64,000 bases of DNA from Balanoglossus misakiensis (taxonomy: Eukaryota > Animalia > Hemichordata), in assembly GCA_040954595.2 (NCBI GenBank), contig CM082587.2:899622-963621 (forward strand), written 5' to 3'. Both the position numbers and the translations under genes were made by a program. This document shows positions 41,601 to 53,052 of this stretch, one piece after another. Within the stretch, counting starts at the first letter, position 1; every line of letters begins with the position of its first letter. Below the pieces are notes generated by a model. The model had not been told where the DNA came from. It searched no databases and saw only the letters and a program-made list of their open reading frames with translations.

Positions 41601-42214
41601 TGTGAAATGTGATAATTGTACATGTATTGTACAAATGTTCAGGCATGTTTGTTCATTTCAATGGGCGGAGTATCCTATCATGACGACACACTTTTTGTGG
41701 AGAGAACTTGTTTTTTATTCAATTGCATGTTTCCTTTTCGCTCATGTATTATAATTAGTAAATTAAATGTATTTTAAGTTTGTGTCAGCCGCCATAGCTG
41801 GACGCGGACGGCTGCTGACGTGTGGTCTCACAAGACTGATTCTGATCACTCTAGCAACCCAGGTTGTACTGTCGTTCACCGTCTACCTGTGACAACAACA
41901 ACTTGAAAGTTCACCACAGATGACCGGACAGTCGCACATCAACACCTGTCGTACTGGGTTTAATTTTGTAGCATGAATATTCATGTGAAAAACCAGCGAA
42001 TTTACATATAAACCATAACTACTTCGGCCTACATGCACAAATTAACCCATCGAGGTTTTCTATTTAAAACACTGGTTATATTTAGATACGTTGGTTTGAT
42101 GATTGTGTGCTACACGCACTTGTACTTTGCTGCAACTTTTACACCTTTTATCCACATACAATTGTGCTATGTGGTTCTAATCATGACTTTTTTGTCTGCT
42201 GGATTTTATTTCAG

Positions 42215-42955
42215 ATGTACAGCTACTTCCATTTCAGTAGTGAAGTCACAATTTTGTTTGAAGGATGGCGAGTGAGCAACGCCTGGCGTAAGTATAAAGT
42301 TACAAACAAAAGTCAAAACTGCTCTAGAAATGAACTAAAAAAGATACCACTGATGAAATTGTCATGATTGATCTTCACAGAAATGGTGTTGTCATGCCTG
42401 GCCGTTTTCTGCACCGCGTTTATCTTCGAAGGACTCAAAGTATTAAGGCACTTCTTGCTCAAAAAAGCGTTTCAAAATCAAACGACGATCGATGATGGGA
42501 AGTCGTCAGAAAAACAGGCGATCCTCAAGAAACAAGGGTAAGCAACTGAACATTGACACGGAACGCTTGTCAAATCGTTGACTTATAAGGGACAGATATT
42601 TACATGTAAAATGTAAGAAAATGAGCTTCGGAGGAAAATAAATGTCACGAATATAGATTAGTTTGATTAAAAGAGACGGCTCTTTTAAGTGTGAACATTG
42701 TGTCATTTGTGGGATTGCAACTATTTAATATTTCGATGATTTCCCAACAGGTTGGAACCGATGAAGACGATGTGTAATTTCCACCACGCAATACAAACGC
42801 TTCTTCATTTAGTACAGATGATTTTAGCCTACTCATTGATGTTGATTTTCATGACGTACAACGCCTGGCTTGCTGTCTCAATTCTCCTCGGTTTGACAGT
42901 GGGATATTTTGTGTTCGCTTGGAGGAACTATACAATCGTTTCTGTAGTTGATTAA
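42215..42955 (+). CDS. Ctr/SLC31 copper transporter paralog A (144 aa; no His/Met ectodomain, no HCH tail)
   Basis: Exons 42215-42287, 42381-42537 and 42751-42955 (435 nt). MYSYFHFSSEVTILFEGWRV; FEGLK; TM2 MLIFM (MxxxM); TM3 GLTVG (GxxxG). The nearest candidate upstream exon (donor after 41475) has an in-frame stop, so it is likely UTR. Confidence 0.9.
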
Positions 42956-44515
42956 CAAACAGAGGAATTACGGAAATACTTCCAGGAATGGCGTATACAT
43001 CTCAAGAAAGTCCATACGACGTCATGTGTATGATGTATGTACATTGTTCGTCGCGTGATGGAATCGTTTGGAGTGACATCACAGCCCTGTAATGAAATAC
43101 TGCAGAAGCGGTATGCTACATGTACTACTATCGTATCAATCTCCGCCTGTGACCATCGATGTAGTTGCGTTTGTTTTTATGATAGCAGAGGACACACAAT
43201 TCAGTACTCATGCTTTTTTTTGTACCAATATGTGAAATCCGTAATTCGATTGGCACCACCGTACCGGTAACACAACGTGTGCGGACAACTGCCAAAGAAA
43301 TAGGCATTCCTCTGACACACTCGCCCATGGGCATTTATTGTGTAGACCATTTCTACGGTTGTGCAAGACTAGTTTGGACAAAAATCACTTGACTAGATAT
43401 CATAGCTTTCAGATAACGCTGTTAGATAGATATTACAAAATTTTATTTACGACAATATGAAGGTTCTCCTGTCTTTGACGGATCTGCACGCACCTGCCTT
43501 TAGACGACGGGAACACCTAATTTATTCGTGGTTTTTCATGGGGTCTGGGTATAAAATCAACTTGATATATGGTGACGTCATTATAATGTGCAAAGGTCTT
43601 TGACCCTGCTTGAACGCCCTTTTTGTGAGAGCAGTTACGTTTCTTGGGAAGATACAAACAACGGCACATTTTTTCGTTTCTCGGTAAAACTCCACCAACA
43701 AGTGATGTGTCGAGCTCTGGGATCTAGCAAAGATATGGCAGTTCGTCATTTTCACCGATGAGATGCAGGAAATTAAATGAAAATATGATTGTCAGTTTTA
43801 ATCTGCGGACTGGAAGTTCAAGTTATAACTTGCTAATAGTGGCATATTTCCCCTTTAGCATTAAGTCACATCTTGAACATGCTGCATCCAATATGTACTG
43901 TTCATTTGTACCTGTAAAACATAATGAATTGTCAGATCTTAGACGAACGTGTTCGTTATATTATTTCCGCTTCAGAAAGCAATGTCATTAAAATATTAGG
44001 TTTGTACAGAAGACTTTACATGACAATTTATTTTCTGCAGAATTCCGCCATGGGTCAATAAACTGTACATCAAGGTATTTCCATGTTTCTGATGACTTCA
44101 ACCACCATGCATACCAGTAGAAATAAAATTATATTGGAATGTTGGATTGATTTTTTTCGAGTTACTGTATTTTGTAATAGTACCACTGAAGAGGTGTAAA
44201 GTCCAGACGTTCAACTCTTCTCTCTCACGTAAGTAGGTATTCACGTGAACATGTATAAAAACCTCGTGATTAGAAGCACTGGCCAATAGCTGCGCTTCAA
44301 TTTGTCACACCTGCATCACGCGATCGGTGCCTGACCATATTACGTATGCATGCATTGTTCATATTTGATAAATCGTCCGGCGAGATGCCAGATTCAGCAC
44401 GTACGTAGGGAACGGTTTTTTCCAGTACGGGTCAAGAAGGTCACTTGTTCGCAGGTCATAAAGTTCTACTCCAGCAGCCAGCCAAGATTTTCGGACTCTT
44501 CCCATCCAGACAACA

Positions 44516-46353
44516 ATGGCAATACGTTATTTCTGTATTGCCCTTTTGGCATGCATAGTTTTGATTGGTTCATCAAATGCCAATTCTGTAAGTTGCTGAT
44601 TTTCTTATTTCTCCATCTTTATTCATCACTTATACTCTCCATAATCTTATCGCAATAATAACGATTAAAATGAAAATATTTGTTCAAGTATGTCTTCAAA
44701 GTAAACGTTTTGTTTTAATTCTATTCTTTAACAGAACAAAATTGTTAAGTATGATGAAATTTTATCAGCTTACCTCATCTATCTAATCTGAGTCTAAAGG
44801 CGACGGTGTAACATTCAACGAAAAGCGTTACGTAATCTAACATTCTACCAAAAGTCAACATGTCGGCGATATATTAAATTAAACGAAACATTGAGGACCT
44901 GTATAGAGATGAAGAATTGCTCTTTTACATCTTACTCTATAAAACCGTGACTCCCGGTTTTTTTCCTTCGAGGAAAGTTCTTTGATTTCTTTGCTGGGAG
45001 TACATAGAGATAAAAAGATTCATACAAACATATCCAATGATTTTAATCTTCTCCACAGACTGCCGCAACGGAGACTGCGACACCAACCGCGACAACAGAA
45101 CACAACCATATGCCCACAGGACATCACCACATGACAACGAAACACCATCATCACATGACAACGGGACATCACCACCACATGTCGACTGAACATCACCACC
45201 ACATGTCGACAGAACATAACCACGGTGGTGGTGGTGATTCGGGTGGACACATGATGGCTGTAAGTAATACGTCTCTGGCCAATAGAACTACACTCCTTCT
45301 ATAACCAGATACAAGGTAATTGTCATCCGATAAAATGTGGAGGCCAAGAAGCAGAAACAAGAATAAAGGCAAAAGTAAAAAAAAGGCAAAATCATGAGAT
45401 TCAAAGGATTGGCTTGATTATATAGAGTTGATTTTTCGCCGACAGATGTACTTCTACGCTGGACTTGACTTTTATGTTCTTTTCGCGGATTGGTTTGTGA
45501 GCAGCACAGAAGGTGAGTAAAGTGGCTCTTCAAGGTGATCACAATGGAGTAAGCATGAAGAGAAAGCGTTCAACACCGCTGTCACAATAAGGCATAGAGT
45601 GGCCTTTTGGACAAATTTATCAAGGCCTAGTTAATGACAGTGAAAATTCATTGGATCTGAAGAAGACACTTGAAGATGTGAAGAAATAAAGCCTTCGTTT
45701 CCATTCCTTCCATCCATACCGTCCTCTTTCCATTTCAGCATTGGTTGGTAGCTGTATTGGAGTCGGTATCTGTGCGGTGCTCTACGAAGGCCTCAAGGAA
45801 CTGCGCGTCGTGTTGACAAAACGCAACAGGCGAAAAATCCCACCAGCTAAAACCAGCTCTGTCGGAAACATGAAAGTGATCGAGACTGTCACATCAGACC
45901 AATCAGAGTAAGTGCCACCTCACTGTAATCATATTACAACCAGGATGTACTTGTGATTGGTCAGTTACGCTCTACACACCTGGAACAGGTGTGTTGTAAC
46001 GAAGACGCTCCAGACAATTTCCGGTGGCCCTATACGTTGACCCTATATTGTTTCGTCGTTTTTGTCAGTGTGCAGTGTTTGTAGTTTGTCTGAAAATGTC
46101 ATTTCCCTCGCAGTTAGAGCTCTATTTCTTTCTTTTCTGAAGGTCCTGTCTTAGAAGAATGTTCAGCTGTTGCCACTTGCTGCAATCGTTGCTACACTTA
46201 ATCCAAGTGACCGTCAGCTACGCATTGATGTTGATTGTCATGACCTACAACGTCTGGCTGTTTCTTTCTGTCGTTTTGGGTCTCTTCGTCGGACACTTCC
46301 TGTTCGCTTGGAACAGATCCACCTCTATTGATATCAACGAACACTGCGCATGA
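44516..46353 (+). CDS. Ctr/SLC31 copper transporter paralog B (239 aa; signal peptide, His/Met repeat ectodomain, ends EHCA)
   Basis: Exons 44516-44587 (MAIRYFCIALLACIVLIGSSNANS), 45059-45259 (TAATET...MPTGHHHMTTKHHHHMTTGHHHHMSTEHHHHMSTEHNH...HMMA), 45446-45512, 45739-45907 (YEGLK) and 46143-46353 (MLIVMTYN, GLFVG). Total 720 nt, in frame. Confidence 0.92.
45110..45223 (+). repeat. Coding 21-24-bp tandem repeat (M[S/T]T[E/G/K]HHHH) in Ctr paralog B
   Basis: About 5 units of atg.c.ac....catcaccaccac. Confidence 0.9.
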
Positions 46354-47032
46354 GTGTACTGACAGCTTCAGGACTATAGCCCTGCGTACACGTCTGTGTG
46401 TTCGCGGTGGAGGCCGTATAACGCCGGGCCGCGAACACACAGACATGTACGCAACGCATGGCGATTCTCGACTTTGACCTCAGATAAGTTTATCACATAG
46501 GAGTCATGGTTGATTGCGGTTTGTTTCTCCCAAGGGCCACAGATAGGAATTCTGACATTACTTTAGTATTTGGCAAGTAGAAGATTTTAAGATATTCTTG
46601 TCACAAGAACCAGGCCTTTTTGTACGGGGATCTTTTAGGAACAACAGAGATAGGTTGTTTTTTTTCTGTAAAAAAGTAGGGCATCTCTGACCCATGAATC
46701 AATAAAGCAGATTAAATATGTTTGGGCTTTGACTCTTTATTTGTAGAGTGGAAACAGGTCCAATGGCAGAGCAAGGTACGCTGTCTCGATTCCACCAGGC
46801 CTGGATTCCATCAGGTGAGATCAGGCACGTGACCAGATGTCTAGTTATTGATTCGTTTGCTTGACCTTGCTAAAGAATAACTCCAATGTGTATTCAGGTT
46901 ATGTTGGATGATTGATATTGTCAAACCATCGTCGAACATATTCACCGCGGACTCACCAGTCTCAAACCTCAAGACTTAATATCCGCGGATCGATTTGAAC
47001 TGCATGCCGCCGGTCTATACCTGTCCCACAAG

Positions 47033-48894
47033 ATGATGTACAGACATATATATTGTCTGTTTTCTCTGTGGTTGATATCAATTTGTACCACACAGACTGA
47101 CGCCCAAACGGTACGTATTATTAAGCCAATATTTAAAACAACTCAGGTTTTAAAGAAAAGTAGCATGATGTTATGACATTCTGTCATTCTTGCCAAGTGC
47201 CAAGTTCGTCCATGTCGCGTAGACGTATGAGTCGTCCGGTGTTTGGTATGCATGACGATGACATAACTGCTATAACTGCATTGTTCTCCGTGCAAGGTGT
47301 TCGCAGGTTCGAATATATCATGGATTTTATTCCAAGTTTTGATTTATGAGCTTTTCAAAGACACCTGACAACTGTAACCTAATTATAAAGCCAGGTTGTT
47401 TCTCCGGCGGTGGAAACTCACCGAGACCCGAGTTCATTCATGTCATCTTGTCAGCCTGAGAGATAGTTGTCAAGAATTTCGGGCTCACGTGGATTGGTTG
47501 TTCGTGTGATAACAAATCGGCTTTGAAAACAACAATAACACAACAACAACAACGGAATATATTCAAAGTAGGACGTGTAGTCATGGACCCTGAAGTTCGA
47601 CTGGTAGTCGTATCTCTGTTGTCTTTTTATCTTGTTATAGTGACGGAGAAAATGCATTATCTACACACCTGTCTAGATAAAATGCTAAGAATGCTGTTTT
47701 ATACCTATGTATCCAGCCATCAGTCTGTTGTAGCCTAGCCGTATGCACAGGTGCTTGTGAATGATGACACGGTACGGCCCCTCGTGTATATTATTCGTCA
47801 TGCCATCATTCACACAAGCACCTGCACGTGCGTACACTCTCGATTTTATATCTTCCAGACGACAAAAGAAACGCCAACCACTGTACATATGCATAACACT
47901 GGACATCATCACCATACAACCGAACAAACGCACAATCACGAAGCCAACAGCGTGAGTTGTTTTGAAGGACCAGCTATAATATGCATTCTTTTCCGCAACG
48001 AGGGCTACTCACACATTTTACCCTGAATCCTGTCCATCGCAACCGATGAAAAACGGTGTCGCTTATGTGAATTGTGCCGTATTAAAGTTGGATGTTTTGT
48101 TATAAGATAACACGATTTGAGAAAATATTACTAATATTTTAACAATTCTTCTCCAGATGTACATGTACTTCCATTTCAATAATATGGTCTACATTCTATT
48201 CTATGAATGGTATCCGACAAACTCTGGAGGTAAGACACGATATCTTTTGGTTAAACTTGCCGAATACGGGATCTAAAATCAAAGTTTTAATTCCCCCGAT
48301 GAACTGACTTATTTGCCCGAAATTCGCAAATTCTTTTGCTCGACCAAGCACCAGGCGAGTTCATCATGACACTTTCGGATCTCCCAAACTTATGAAATGT
48401 CATGTTTCTATTTTCAGCAATGTGCGGATCTTGTTTCATCGTCGGTTTCGGTGGAATTCTCTTTGAAGGTCTTAAAGTACTTCGTCAGATTTTGAGCAAA
48501 AAACTATCGGTTTCTGGTGAAAAGTAAGTAAAGGGACAAAGTCGCTCTTTTTGACCTCCTTTCATGAATTTAGTTTGATACGAAAAGCCGAGTTTTTATT
48601 TTGATTTCTTCGTCTAGGAAATGGAAACGAGAAATGTGCGCTGCATCTCATTGGGTTCAAACCTGTCTACATTTCCTTCAAGTCATTCTCGGATATTGCC
48701 TGATGTTAATCGTCATGACATTCAACTTCTGGCTCTTCTTGTCCGTTGTTTTGGGTCTCACTATTGGTTACTATCTATTTTCCTGGGATAAAACAACGCC
48801 GTCAGCGGGAGAAGAGAACTATTCCCAGGGCCAACAGGAAATGGGATTGCGGGAAAAACAGGGAGCTCATGATAACCCAAGTTACGGAGAATAG
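47033..48894 (+). CDS. Ctr/SLC31 copper transporter paralog C (208 aa; signal peptide, short His-rich ectodomain, extended tail with NPxY)
   Basis: Exons 47033-47110 (MMYRHIYCLFSLWLISICTTQTDAQT), 47859-47951 (TTKETPTTVHMHNTGHHHHTTEQTHNHEANS), 48157-48229 (MYMYFHF), 48418-48523 (FEGLK) and 48618-48894 (MLIVMTFN, GLTIG, ...HDNPSYGE*). Total 627 nt, in frame. Confidence 0.9.
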
Positions 48895-49697
48895 ACCCAC
48901 AGTCACTCCACAGTGACCTAGATTCTAATAATTACCGAAACTTGGAAATATTTACATTTTTTTTTACAATTCATCCAACGTAAATTATCATAGCCAAAGT
49001 AGCTATGTGTGATAGTAAAAATTTGTATTTTTGTGGACAAACTATACTTTTGAAGATACTTGAATACTACTTGAAGACGTAAACGTGCAGATGGAATCGT
49101 GCAAAATAAAATGTATATCACAATGTTGATCGACACCATTCCTCGAATGTATAACGCAAATAAAAAGCAAAGACATTCACACTCAGTTTAAAGATGACAA
49201 GAATGTATGATTATTTGTCTTCATAAACGATGGAGATTCGTACATCAATTGGTGAAATTTATTTATTTGTGTTCTAAATACCTAATCCACTGATAATTGT
49301 CAAGATTTTTCTTTGCGTGTGTGGGTGGGATGTCCTCAGTTGCGCCAAAGGTCATATAAGTCCTAAATGAGGAACATGTATGACCCCAGGCTCGCGTTTC
49401 CGTAGTTAGAAGTCACATGTTCGTCATATGAGTATTAAGGCTCCTCCCATGGTCGAAGGGCAATTGACTGATGCCAACATTTAAGTAATGATTGATTTTG
49501 TCCTCTGTTTTATAGACGACACGAACTTACCAACTTCAGAAGGCTAGTCTGCCTTGTTGACACTACTTTGCTGAATTTGTTCGTGCGTGTGTGCGTGTGT
49601 GTACGTGCACGCTAGACTTTTCAGGTTCTACTAGTGTTAGCTTTGAATTTTAAGTTCTCCACCAGATCTCGTGGGCCAACGACACTCCGACGGCAGG

Positions 49698-51455
49698 ATG
49701 TTGTTCCGTTACCCGTGTGTTTTCTGTATCTTGGTGCTAATCGGCACTTGTATGTCGCAAACTCTGGCACAGACGGTAAGTTTCGCTTCAGATCGGATCT
49801 CTCAGTCGCTGGTGTCGTGCATAAGGCCCGACCGATTCAGCAAGTGACATGGAAAGCGACAGTTGCTGTCGAACTTCTGAAAGTCCGTGTTGTGCATTTG
49901 TGAATCACATGCCCCTAGGTCAGGGTCACTGGACAGGTGATTGCGAAGTGATGACCTTAACAATGCCAGCGTTTTTATTCACTCCGATCCTGGAGGGACC
50001 AGGGTTAACTCGATGACTATCTGGCATGTATTCAAAGCCGCAATAGTTTATATCTCCTTATTATATTGATTCCTGTGGCCAAATACTGAAAACAAGGAAC
50101 TGTTAGGCCATTGACTTATTATGCCAATAACGACTTGATATTATTCGATAACAGGACTTTTTATCACTTCTATTGTCATAGACAATGCCGCCAAGCACGG
50201 GACATATGCACCCTCCAAGTACAGAGCATATGCACCCTCCAAGTACAGAGCATATGCACCATCAAAGTACAGAGCATATGCACCATCAAAGTACAGAGCA
50301 TATGCATCACCCAGGCACAGAACATATGCACCATCCAAGCACAGAACATGTGCACAATCCAGATGACCCAAACTCAAGTCACCAGGTACGTAAGCCGTAC
50401 GCATAGCATGCATGCATGCATGCATGTAGCTATGTTTCTCACTATTTTCGTAAACACAGCTGGATATGTGAAATATAACTCATCTTCTAATCAGCCAGAG
50501 GCATATTGTACATGTGCCCTAAAACTGATTGACTATTAAGTTTTTGATAGAACAAAATGTAGGCTAGGCCCTGCACATATGCAAACAGGTGTTTCAGTGT
50601 GGAAGTGCAATTTTATTATTTTTGATAGATGGAGATGTATTTTCACTTCGATTATATGGAATATATTCTATTCTACGAATGGATGCCGATGAGTACTGGA
50701 GGTAAGGTCAATGCGTCCTTCATTGTTCATCACTTGTTACAAATTGTCGTTTGTCCCCCCTCACAAAAACCCAACCAAGTAGCTGGAGTGGTTGAAATAG
50801 CCTTCGATATTTGGCGCATTGACAGCGCCCTCGTGCAACGCTTCTTTCAGTCGAGGGTCATGGATGGACTCATGTGCGCGCTTAGTTACGCTCTTTCTCA
50901 ATCTCCCTCCCTCCCTATGTCAGATATTGTTCGATACCTTCCACACATCACTAGTCTACGAACTTCTTGTTCATGAAAGATAGAAATCTGATACTTTCTC
51001 TTTGCTTTTAAGCAATGGTTGGCTCATGTTGTATCGTCGCTGTCGGCGCCATTTTGTATGAAGGCCTGAAACAGCTCCGCCATGTTCTGATGAGTCGCAG
51101 GCGAAAGTCGGCGGCCAGAAGTAACATTACTATCGATAAAAGTGACGAAGATACCGTGTAAGTACTAAAGCAAAACGTTAAGTTACACAAACACGTATTT
51201 TTATTGTATTTCCAAACTTAGAATGGTTATTTCTTCATTTTCAGGAGTTGGAAAGAAGGATTGTGTGATAAATCACATCTGCTTCAAACCTGTCTTCATT
51301 TTCTTCAAGCCATTCTTAGCTATAGCCTGATGTTAATTGTCATGACCTACAACGTCTGGTTGTTCTTTGCCGTTGTCTTGGGACTGACTATCGGTTATTA
51401 CCTTTTTGCATGGCCACGACTGGTAATCTCAGATGAAAACGAACATTGTCACTAA
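49698..51455 (+). CDS. SLC31A1: Ctr/SLC31 copper transporter paralog D (236 aa; signal peptide, 7 x 8-aa His/Met repeat, canonical HCH tail); the most CTR1-like copy
   Basis: Exons 49698-49775 (MLFRYPCVFCILVLIGTCMSQTLAQT), 50182-50385 (STEHMHHP-type repeats), 50629-50701 (MEMYFHF), 51013-51157 (YEGLK) and 51245-51455 (MLIVMTYN, GLTIG, DENEHCH*). Total 711 nt, in frame. One-to-one orthology with SLC31A1 is not established. Confidence 0.9.
50188..50355 (+). repeat. Coding 24-bp tandem repeat x7 (STEHMHxx) in Ctr paralog D
   Basis: Unit agtacagagcatatgcacc[c/a]tc[c/a]a repeated nearly perfectly. Confidence 0.95.
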
Positions 51456-52715
51456 TAGACCATTTTGCTGAACTCCGCGAGACCCCGCGAGATCTCGCGG
51501 CTGGGCAGTTGATATATTGAAGGACATTATCATGTGACACAGGACAAACGACAAATGACTCATCGTGTATAACGACACAAAAGTTGCAATTTTGATACAA
51601 AGAGTGGAATATCGCTTGCTTTTTCCAGTTTCAAATCCCAACTATATGTGTCCTGTTGATATTTTTATTCGTTATCTTATCCTTTGAAAAACTACCCCGT
51701 TGAATTTATTAAAAGTGTAATTTCAGAAATTTGCTTTGTACTTGTAAGAAAGGTGAAACGTATTTTTTTTTACATCATCAATCAGTCGAATCTGCAAATG
51801 CACGATCACGGATAACCTGATGTAGTTTGGCTTGATACTTCACATACAACGATCCAAGAATTCTTGGCATGCATGATGTCCGTGAAAGGGTTTTCCCCGC
51901 CTTTTCCCGATCCCTTCCCTGTTTACGCTGTGAAAGTTTGGTGTTTATCAACATTGAAAGAACACATGTTTCGGTCTTGAGTGTCATCCGGTGACATCCG
52001 TCGTCATGTCGAATTTCTTATATCAAGTGACCGAAATCGCTTTGCAAAGTGCAGCTCTTTTTCAGGGATTCCATTCCATACTGGTGGCACACCTTCGGAT
52101 CCGGAAGATTGGCTGACATTGTTCAAAATAACCAGCAACATGAATTCATGACTCCTTGAACAGGAAGAAATCTTAGATAATCTTAGTCTTCTATTTCCTT
52201 TATTCGTGCGAATACAGCATATGGTAGATTAAAACAATCAATCTTAACGAATTACCACCGTCTTAACAACTTCCCATATTCGGAGAAAACGAAGTCAAAG
52301 ACCTCAGCTGTGGTCGACCCGTGCGAGCGGACGATGATGCAAAATAAGCTAGCATCTTTCGAAGCTTTCCATTTCTATTCCCATTTCTGAGATATGTCCC
52401 GTCCTTTTATATAACCCCCCCCCCCCGATTCCTCTGCCCTAAGCTCTCCGTAATAAGTGACGAAAGCTCAGTGAAGTCGGCTAGCGTTAGACCCATGTAG
52501 TGATCAGTTTTCACAATAATTTTTATCTCCTGAAATGTTATTGATAACAGAAAATAGAGAGTACATGTAGAGGAATGCCTAGCGGGGAAATTAGTCTGCA
52601 TGTTTGGTTCCCAATTCCCCGAAAAAAAATTCATTTCGCAGTAAGAATTATATAACCCGCTGACCTTGATGTATTTCGACGGTCTGTTTCCCGGTATCAG
52701 ATAACTGGGAGATGG

Positions 52716-52818
52716 TATAAAAGAAACTGCAGTCAACGATTAGACCATTAAGCCTTCGACCAGACTATCACTCCGGTTCTTTTTTGAAACGTTCACATCA
52801 TCGTCACTCATTGGCAAG
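52716..52818 (+). promoter_or_regulatory. TATA box and non-coding first exon of the peptide/EF-hand gene
   Basis: TATAAAAG at 52716-52723; strong donor AAG|GTAAGT after 52818; acceptor ttttcag ending at 53047, 5 nt before the ATG. Confidence 0.6.
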
Positions 52819-53052
52819 GTAAGTCCCGACACCGTAACGTTTTGAGTACTTTTATCGTGTCGCCAAAGAGTATGTATCGGTTAAAGGTAGGCATATTCCT
52901 GAACAGATGTAAGGAAATTTAGATAATTTCCGTCGGATCACAATTTCATTGAATAAGATCTATGGATCAGTGCAAAAGACAGGTTATTGTTACCCTAAGT
53001 TTGAAACATTGGCAGACGATAATTCAACCTTCCCTTGCTATTTTCAGACAGG

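Noticed and set aside
47583-47738. Hydrophobic ORF MDPEVRLVVVSLLSFYLVIV as an alternative Ctr-C signal exon
   Set aside because: No convincing in-frame donor after the hydrophobic stretch. The exon at 47033-47110 has a good donor and matches the Ctr-D signal exon in length and AQT ending.
50188-50355. Regular short repeats resembling a CRISPR array
   Set aside because: No unique spacers; this is a coding tandem repeat in a eukaryotic gene.
50141-50425. Minus-strand ORF with DGAYALYF repeats, and the plus-strand alternate frame with QSICT repeats
   Set aside because: Shadow frames of the 24-bp coding repeat in the Ctr-D His/Met exon.
41274-50881. Metal-response-element cores TGCRCNC at 41274, 43485, 49606 and about 50875
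   Set aside because: A rough estimate gives about one such 7-mer per 2-3 kb by chance, so four in ~10 kb is background. Only the one ~90 bp upstream of the Ctr-D ATG might merit testing.
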